This document shows positions 54,934-64,000 of a DNA stretch of 64,000 nt, piece by piece; the stretch's first letter is position 1, and every line of letters begins with the position of its first letter. The notes below the pieces were generated by a model. That model was not told the DNA's origin, did not search any database, and saw only the letters and a list, made by a program, of their open reading frames with translations. The translations under genes and the position numbers were made by a program. This DNA comes from Octopus sinensis. Its lineage: Eukaryota. Location: assembly GCF_006345805.1 (NCBI RefSeq), contig NC_043022.1:19468001-19532000 (forward strand), given 5' to 3'.

Positions 54934-54977
54934 TACATACATATATATAATATATATATAATATATATATACATATA

Positions 54978-55035
<58 letters not shown>

Positions 55036-55176
55036 TACATACATATATATATATATATATACATATACTATATACAACATATATATATATATATATACAT
55101 ATATACATATATACATACATATATATATATATATACATAATACATATATAACATACATATATATATATATATACAT

Positions 55177-55209
<33 letters not shown>

Positions 55210-55352
55210 CATTATACATACATATATATATATATATATACATATATACACATACATATATATATACATATATACATACATATATATATATATACATATA
55301 TACATACATATATATATATATATATACATATATACATATATATATATATATA

Positions 55353-55404
<52 letters not shown>

Positions 55405-55500
55405 CATATATATATAACACGCGCGCACACATATATATAGATAAATATACATACATACATACATACATACACACACACACATATATATATATATATACAC
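53690..55500. repeat. Compound (TA)/(TACA) microsatellite, about 1.8 kb
   Basis: Direct inspection. Confidence 0.97.
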
Positions 55501-56050
55501 AAGATGAAAAACAGGTAAATATAGAGGTGGTGCCCCAGCATGGCCGCGGCCTTCGGGCTAAAACATTTTAAAGGATTTTAAGGATAGAAATCAAAAATGA
55601 AGGCAAAATAAAAGGTAGTGGAGGAGAAGAAAATGAAGATGAATAATAATTAAAATAATATTAATAATGAGAAGAAGAAGAAGAAGAAGAAGAAGAAGAA
55701 GAAGAAGAAGAAGAAGAAGAAGAAGAAAGAGAAGAAGAAGAAGAAAAAGAAGAAGAAGAAGAAGAAGAAGCAAAAAATGCAAGTTTTCCATTGAAGCATG
55801 AGGCATGCATTATTTTGGTTAGACATATTTGTCTAAAAGTTGTTCATGCCTGACCAAAAATTGAACATAAATGACCAGAGAAGAACAACAAAGAAACAAA
55901 AAATTGCAAAAGCGAATACTCGACTTAAACAAATTCATCAAAGACTCAAATGACTTTGCTGTCGACATTTCCTGTTTATTGTTTTGAATTTTTTTTTTTT
56001 GTAGAATGGGTTTTATGCTGCTTCTGCTGTAGTAGTAGTAGTAGTAGTAT

Positions 56051-56084
<34 letters not shown>

Positions 56085-56549
56085 TGTAGTAGTAGTAGTA
56101 GTTGTTGTTGTTGTTGTTGATGTTGTTAGTGTGGTATTTGTTATTGTTGTTTGTTGTTATTGTCTAGATCAACTTTAATCGAGCAGCCTTATAATTATTT
56201 GCATTATTTGATGGTTTCGGTGTTGTATTCACGATTATGAAGAGGTGGTGTGTTCGATTCTCGCATCGGGCGTTACTTTGTACCCTTGAGCAAGTTGCTT
56301 CATTTCACATAGCTTCAATCCATTCAGCTGGAAATGAATACCAACACCTGCTATAAGGATTAACCCTGAGACAGACTGGCCTCTCGGTCATAAGGGAGGG
56401 TCATGAATCTTTTGCCTCCATCGCTTAAATGCTATAAAAATAAGATAAACGCCGGCCTTATGAATCTGTAGGCTTGAAACTGCATTTTAAAGACTAAATG
56501 CATTTTTTATGGCCATCTCACATCTTAAACGTATATAAGCTTACATTTA

Positions 56550-56780
56550 AGGCGGCGAGCTGGCAGAAACGTTAGTACGCCGGGCGACCTGCGTAGCCGT
56601 ATTTCGTCTGTCGTTACGTTCCGAGTTCAAATTCCGCCGAGGTCGACTTTGCCTTTCATCCTTTCGGGGTCGATAAATTAAGTACCATTTACGCATTGGG
56701 GTCGATGTAATCGACTTAATCCCTTTGTCTGTCCTTGTTTGTCCCCTCTGTGTTTGGCCCCTTGTGGGTAGTAAAGAAAT
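56550..56780 (+). mobile_element. tRNA-derived SINE (family 3)
   Basis: Same family as 43590-43816; flanked by repeated tatataagcttacatt, a probable TSD. Confidence 0.8.
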
Positions 56781-57069
56781 ATATATAAGCTTACATTATC
56801 CAGTGCGTTTCCTTCCTTTCCAAAGGACAGCTGAAGTGTATAAGTTAAGAGTGTGTTAACTGTTATTTTTAGTAAGTCGAATGACCACGTATAGAGGTTC
56901 CATTGTTGATATTCTTTCTGCGGTTTTGATTTTGTTTTCTTTTTATTTCTCAGTTCAAAACAAAAAAGTGTGAAGGAATATAAGAAATAAATGACCTAAT
57001 AAATAATATAAATAAATATCTGCAAAGATGTGTCTGTAACTTATGTTTTTGATTTTGCTTATTTTAATT

Positions 57070-57498
57070 AAGAAATATTGAATTTCTAAATCTCTCGTAG
57101 AGACATGTACGGTGGTGGGGCGATAGAATGGTTGTATACTGTCAATCTAACAAGAACGTGACAGTAGGGGATACACCACTAGGAAGCATCGAACGCCTCC
57201 TGATGGCTTTGACACATTTTTCCCTGTGTCCTTATATACATATACGAAGGGGAGACAAACACCCCCGGCTGCCGAAGCTGCATCTAGGGACACGTGTTTC
57301 AGGATCATTGTCCTTCATCGGCCTAGAGTAGCAGACACCGGTCAGCTGGTGATATTTGTCTCGACTTCGTAATTGTATATATCTATACTCAGTGAAGTCT
57401 ATTCACTGATTATCAAAATAAGAAATATTGAATTTCTAAATCTCTCGTAGAGACATGTACGGTGGTGGGGCGATAGAATGGTTGTATACTGTCAATCT
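57070..57498 (-). mobile_element. Short hammerhead-bearing element (family E): 350-bp unit, about 80-bp terminal redundancy, 12-bp TSD
   Basis: Direct repeat starting at 57069 and 57419. cttattttaatt occurs at 57058-57069 and 57497-57508. Confidence 0.75.
57283..57327 (-). ncRNA. Minimal type I hammerhead with CCGAUGA core (family E, copy 2)
   Basis: Same motif as 27954-27998, differing only in loop 2. Confidence 0.68.
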
Positions 57499-57859
57499 TA
57501 TTTTAATTGTTCTTCCAGAACGTGGAGGGCCGAGTTCTTGCACATGCTCTCTCGCTCTCTGCACATCTCTCTCTGAATCAGGGGTTAAGGTGAACAGTCC
57601 GTGACTGAAGGGAAAGACCGAAGAACGTACTTTCCAGCGGAGATATCAGCCACATGATTTAAACGGATCAAACTTTGTTAAAGGTACCCAACAACATTGT
57701 TAATTCAGGTGAAAGACTAAATCTACCATCGAAAAATGCAACGATAGTATTTGAATTCAGGATGTTAAAGCCACGCATGTATGTATGTATGTATGTATGT
57801 GTGTGTATGTATGTATGTATGTATGTATGTATGTATGTATGTATGTATGTATGTATGTA

Positions 57860-57890
<31 letters not shown>

Positions 57891-57917
57891 ATGTATGTAT
57901 GTATGTATGTATGTATG

Positions 57918-57951
<34 letters not shown>

Positions 57952-58569
57952 TATATGAGGAGTGTTTCCTTTTCAAATGTGTGTGTGTGAATATACGCGA
58001 GCGTGTGTCTAGATGTGATTTCTGACATTCTTTCTTTCTTTGTTTCTTTTTGTCTCCCACTCTCTCACTCACCTCCTCTCTCACTCAGCCTCCCCCTCTC
58101 TCTCCCTCTCTCTGTTACTCTTACTTTTTATATATTCACCTCTCCGTCTGTATATTGGCTGACACTCTTACCTTCACACTCTATCGCTCCTCTATCCCTA
58201 CGAATCCTTGTCCTACTTTCCTGATGTCCTCTAAGCCAAGTCATAAAATAAAACATTTATTCTGACATACTTCTAAATGTTACAGATCGCTTTTATCCTG
58301 GTGCACATGTACCAACATTTTTATTTTGTGTTTGTCATGATATAGATAAAAACTTGTGTAACAGCTTTGTTTACATTACATAACGAGGTCAAATTGTGTG
58401 TGTGTCTGTGCGTGTCTGTGTGCGCGCGTGTGTGTGCGTGTATCTGTGTGTGTGTTTTATAAAGGAAGCCAGACAGATCGTACCGAAACTGTTTATGCTC
58501 CGTGAATACATAACTAATAAATTACTATACGTTCATATATACATACGTAATCCATCCATTCATCAATCC

Positions 58570-58807
58570 ATCCATCCATCCTTCCATCAATGCATACATA
58601 CATACATACATACATACATACATACATACATGCACACATACACACATACATACAAACAGACATACACACATACATACATACACACATACATACATACATA
58701 CATACATACATACATGCATGCATGCATGCATGCATGCATGCATGCATACATACATACATACATACATACATACATACATACATACATACATACATACATA
58801 CATACAT

Positions 58808-58854
<47 letters not shown>

Positions 58855-59920
58855 GGCAGGCAGGCAGGCATGCATACATACATACATACATACATACATA
58901 CATACATACATACATACATACATACATACATACATACATACATACATACATACATACATACAGACAGACAGACAGGCATGCATGCATGCATGCATGCATG
59001 CATGCATGCATGCATACATACATACATACATACATACATACATACATACATGCATACATGCATACTTACATACATGCATGCATACATACATACATACATA
59101 CATACAAACAGGCATACATACATGCATACTTACATACAGCATGCATACATACATACATGCTGCATGCATGCATGCATGCATGCATGCATGCATGCATGCA
59201 TACATACATACATACATACATACATACATACATGCATGCATGCATGCATACATACATACATACATACATACATACATACAGACAGACAGACAGACAGACA
59301 TACATACATACATACATACATACATGCATACTTACATACATGCATGCATACATACATACATACATACATACATACATACATACAGACATACATACATACA
59401 TACATACATACATACATACATGCATGCATGCATACATACATACATACATACATACATACATACATACAAACAGACAGACAGACATACATACATGCATACT
59501 TACATACATGCATGCATACATACATACATACATACATACATACATACATACGCACATACATACATACATACATACATACATACATACATACATACATACA
59601 TACATACATACATACATACAAACAGACAGACAGACATACATACATGCATACTTACATACATACATGCATACATACATACATACATACATACATACATACA
59701 TACAGACAGACAGACAGACATACATGCATACTTACATACATACATGCATACATGCATACATACATACATACATATATACATACATACAAACAGACAGACA
59801 GACAGACATACATACATACATGCATACTTACATACATGCATGCATGCATACATACATACATACATACAAACAGACAGACAGACATACATACATGCACACA
59901 TACATATATACATACACACA
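58570..59920. repeat. Compound (CATA)/(CATG)/(CAGA) tetranucleotide array
   Basis: Direct inspection; source of long spurious ORFs. Confidence 0.97.
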
Positions 59921-60194
59921 TATACTAGAGGAAAAGGATATCAAAAACCAAAGCAGGGCGAGTATCTCAAGTCATTTATAATAATTTAATTAGAGTAAGT
60001 TCTAGAGCTATTTCTGTGGTATCCACAATGATAGGCTAGCATGTGGCTACACTGGGTAACCCGTCATCAGAGACAAGGAGCATGTGTATGAAAGTTCTAG
60101 ACGTGGGAATTCATAGTTTATAAAGAATAAAATAGAATAAAGAGTAAAAGTAGAACTAAACTCTTTTCATATATATATATATAATATATATATT

Positions 60195-60421
60195 TCTTTA
60201 CTACCCACAAGGGGCTAAACACAGAGGGGACAAACAAGGACAGACAAACGGGTTATGTCGATTACATCGACCCCGGTGCGTAACCAGTACTTAATTTATC
60301 AACCCCGAAAGGATGAAAGGCAAAGTCGACCTCGGCGGAATTTGAACCCAGAACGTAACGGCAGACGAAATACGGCTACGCATTTCGCCCGGTGTGCTAA
60401 CGTTTCTGCCAGCTCGCCGCC
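60195..60421 (-). mobile_element. tRNA-derived SINE (family 3)
   Basis: Same family as 43590-43816. Confidence 0.8.
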
Positions 60422-60764
60422 TAAATATATATATATATTATGGTGGGGTAGGCTGGTTTATGGGATTACCCTGGGTTGGATTTATTCAATCTCAGTCACA
60501 GATTTTTTAATTAATTCTTTTTAACTAAACAGTTTGAAACTTTGGATACTGGTTGAATGTGTTACGTAGAACACGGTTTACTCTTAACGCTTTTGACAAA
60601 ATTTTGTATTTTAGAAGTTATTTTGTGTTAAAGTTGTCGTATTTTTGAGTAATGTTTAAATTTTTGCATGTTAGAAAGTATGTTCCTGACCTCCAAACTT
60701 GTACCTTCTAAATACTAAGCAATATTTAAATCGCAGTGGAGGTTTTTCTTATTTTAACGAATCC

Positions 60765-60935
60765 TATCATCATCATCATTGTTCGACCGTGGTCGAGACA
60801 ATGGAATTCACCATGCTACGCCAGACTTCACGGTCCATCATGGCATTACGGAGGTCCTGTTGCTGGATGCCTGTATCCCTGGAGATTACATCAGGGTAGG
60901 AGAGTGCACCCTCTGGTATTGCGAGTAGATGGCTT
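60765..60935 (-). mobile_element. RTE-like LINE extreme 3' fragment
   Basis: Reverse complement of the 3' end of 24069-24688, with (GAT)n tail. Confidence 0.8.
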
Positions 60936-62161
60936 CCTAAACAAATTCTCGTTCTGCATTATCGATGGGGAAAATATTGGTTTCAAACTTTGGCACAGGA
61001 TTAGTAATTCAGGGGAAGGGATTAAGTCGATTAGCTTAGACCCTGTGCTCAACTGGTACTTATCTTATCGACTCTGAAAAGGTGAAAGGCTAAATCGACC
61101 TCGTTGGAATTTGAACTCAGAATTGCCGCTAAGCAGTTTGCGCGGTGTGCTAACGCTGCTGCAGATACACCACCATAATTCGGAGCGTGTTCGAGAAAGG
61201 GGTAAGTTGATTACATCGACCTCAGTGTGTAACTGGTACTTATTTTATCGACACCGAAATGGATGAAAGGTATATTCGACCATGGCGAAATTCGAAATCA
61301 GAGCTTAAAGACGGATGAAATGCAGTTTAGCCTTTTGCCGAGTGTGCTAAAGATTCTGCCAGTTCGCAAAAATCAGGGAGTGTGTCTGTGTAGGGGGAAT
61401 ACGAAGATTAATTAAACTGAGTTGAAATAAAAGAAGGATATGAAACTTAAAATAAAATCATTGAAAATTATTGAAAATAGGAAGAAATAAATCATGTATG
61501 CAAATTCTAATTTGGTAGGTAGAAATTGGTTGAAGCTTTTACCCATAAAATAAAACAAATATATCAAAATTGTAGTTGGAGGAAATAATGAAGCGGTTTA
61601 TTTCAAATATGATTACATAAATAGTGTACAGAAATGGCTGTGTAGTAGAAAAAAGTTTTGCTTTGCGTCCAAGTGGTTTCAGAGTCTGTTCCATTGCATG
61701 GCATTTGGGGCGTCTTCTAATATAGTCCCTGACCGACCAATGCCCTATGAGAAAATGCAGTAGGTGGGAACTACATGATCTCCCGTTATGTGTGTGTGCT
61801 TGTGTGTGTGTGGTGTGTGTGTTTTTATGTATGTATGTATGTATGTATGTAGTATGTATGTATGTATGTCTCTCCATCATCACTTGACAACCAGCATTGG
61901 TTAGGTTACATAGCGGCAATTTAGCAGTTCGTCAAGAAAAACGGATAAAGTAAACATCAGACTTAAAAACAATATATTACTAGGGTCGATTTGTTCGACT
62001 AAACCGGTCATGACAGGGCCTCAGCATATCTGCAATCTAATAACCGAGAGGAATAAAAGGTAACGGATTTTTTTCTTTCGTCACATTAAATTTTCTTTCT
62101 GTAATTAATTGGTGTATAGATTTGCAAATCGATTTCGTGACACTCAAGCAGTTAAAATAGT

Positions 62162-62236
62162 TTATCTTCGTTCAAACTTCGCCCAGATTCCACTTTTAGC
62201 AGACAGAAAGAAGTTGTCACTTAAGACAGGTGGGTC
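62162..62236 (-). CDS. Cytochrome P450 terminal coding exon
   Basis: Acceptor ttcaattacag, phase 0. Translates DPPVLSDNFFLSAKSGIWAKFERR*, the typical length and pattern of a CYP C-terminus. Confidence 0.88.
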   Translation of the reverse strand, partial: DPPVLSDNFFLSAKSGIWAKFERR

Positions 62237-62520
62237 CTGTAATTGAAAAATCGGAATATTGATATTAACGTAGCAACAAGAGACCTGTATAATAACATCA
62301 GAAAAGTATAATTTTTCATACGAAGCTAAGATGCATGGCAGCTAACTACTTCTGTCATTAAATTTCAAGAAGAATGAGTCCTAACTGCAAATTGAACCTA
62401 TATCTCAGAATAACGTCAATGAGAGCGTTCCACAACCTTTTTATGTAAAAAGAATGGAAAAGAATCCTGCGATTAGCAGAAATTACAAATTTAACAGAAA
62501 AAAAATCCGAAGAAACACAC

Positions 62521-62683
62521 CTCAGTTTTCTCCGTAGGAAGAATTTTGAATTTACGAATAACTTGTACAACTGCTATCTTGAACTCCAGCTTGGCCAGTC
62601 TCATTCCAAGACAAATCCTTGGTCCTCCACCAAATGGTAAGAAGGTGAATGGCGTTTGCTCAGTTTTTCCTTTTTCGCTGAAT
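62521..62683 (-). CDS. Cytochrome P450 (CYP3-clan-like), heme-binding exon
   Basis: tttacag|...|gtgtgt boundaries. Translates (R)FSEKGKTEQTPFTFLPFGGGPRICLGMRLAKLEFKIAVVQVIRKFKILPTEKTE, containing FxxGxRxCxG. Confidence 0.95.
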
Positions 62684-62736
62684 CTGTAAATTACAAACGC
62701 ACATCTTTGAACAAATATATAAATCCAAAATTAAGG

Positions 62737-62975
62737 AATGGAGTAGATAAAATCCACGCTCCATATGTTCCGTAGCTAGCAGAAGCTCGAAGTAGTAGTT
62801 ATCTAAATGAAGGGTAATCCGCTAGCTATTCGTCGGGCCAAAGATATCTTAATAAAAAACGAATATATCTTTGGCCCGACGAGTAGCTTGCGGATTAATC
62901 CTCGTTTGGATAATTATACTTCTGAGGCTCTGCTAGCTATGAATCATATGTAGACTGGATTTTATCTATTCCATT
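62737..62975. repeat. About 240-bp imperfect palindrome (MITE-like fold-back)
   Basis: Arms pair end to end, including a perfect 18-bp tcgtcgggccaaagatat/atatctttggcccgacga. Confidence 0.85.
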
Positions 62976-62976
62976 A

Positions 62977-63387
62977 CTCTTTTACTCTTTTACTTGTTTC
63001 AGTCATTTGACTGCGGCCATGCTGGAGCACCGCCTTTAGTCGAGCAAATCGACCCCGGGGCTTATTCTTTGTAAGCCCAGTACTTATTCTATCGGTCTCT
63101 TTTGCCGAAACGCTAAGTGACGGGGACGTAAACACACCAGCATCGGTTGTCAAGCAATGCTAGGGGGAAAAACACAGACACACAAACATACAAACACACA
63201 CCTATATATATGTATACATATATACGACAGGCTTCTTTCAGTTTCCGTCTACCGAATCCACTCACAAGGCATTGGTCGGCCCGGGGCTATAGCAGAAGAC
63301 ACTTGCCCAAGATGCCACGCAGTGGGACTGAACCCGGAACCATGTGGTTGTTTAGCAAGCTACTTACCACACAGCCGCTCCTGCGCC
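62977..63387 (-). mobile_element. tRNA-derived SINE (family 1)
   Basis: Near-identical to 26790-27203; lies in the CYP intron. Confidence 0.8.
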
Positions 63388-63817
63388 TTAATTTTTGATT
63401 TTTATTTGCATACATTTCAACCGTGCTCCTAACCGTAAGATATAAAACAATTTTTTCAGCTTAACGAACTTCGATATGGGAAAAATTTACAATCTACATA
63501 AATAAACCACTATTTTTTGGGGAAGTTGTTTTTTATACCTTCTGCGGGGTGCCAAAAGCTTACTATCTTCTTGCAGCTTGATCCTTGCATCTTAGCTTTA
63601 CGCGCACACACACACACACACACACACATGTTCAATCCATCTTATATATATATATATATATATATATAGATATATATATATATATATATGTATGTATATA
63701 AAAATACAAAATGGGACAAGAACGCAAAACACTCAGAGACGACACAAAAAGCGGACGGGTCATTCAAAGCCTCTAATCTTCAGTCAAGAACCGGATCATC
63801 CTCGCAATTTCGGCTGA

Positions 63818-63931
<114 letters not shown>

Positions 63932-64000
63932 GATGTGTGGTGAGTAGCTTGCTTACCAACCACATGGTTCTGGGTTCAGTCCCACTGTGTGGCACCTTGA

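Noticed and set aside
53664-59989. Long ORFs (up to 510 aa) of YI/HTYI/MYVC repeats
   Set aside because: Translations of (TA)n and (CATA)n microsatellites; open in several frames on both strands.

Overview
AT-rich, microsatellite-dense eukaryotic DNA. The SINE families and (TA)n/(TATC)n/(CATA)n content suggest an octopus or other coleoid genome (inference). Two host genes are supported, both partial and convergent. (1) A + strand DEG/ENaC (ASIC-like) channel with four exons (44420-44476, 47192-48713, 51718-51809, 53556-53686) that splice in frame; one 1.5-kb exon adds about 450 extra residues to the ectodomain. (2) The last two exons of a - strand CYP3-clan cytochrome P450 (62521-62683, 62162-62236). 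The rest is mostly mobile-element debris: RTE, CR1-like and R4/Dong LINEs, gypsy pol, Tc1/mariner, a Helitron and tRNA-SINEs, plus a 100-N gap. The main hidden layer, invisible in the ORF track, is a set of about 14 type I hammerhead ribozyme motifs from roughly 8 unrelated sequence families. They sit in 350-480 bp tandem or inverted units typical of Penelope-like pseudo-LTRs or retrozymes. One lies beside a GIY-YIG endonuclease ORF and one perfect copy lies on the sense strand of a channel intron. All folding and alignment was done by eye; no searches were run.
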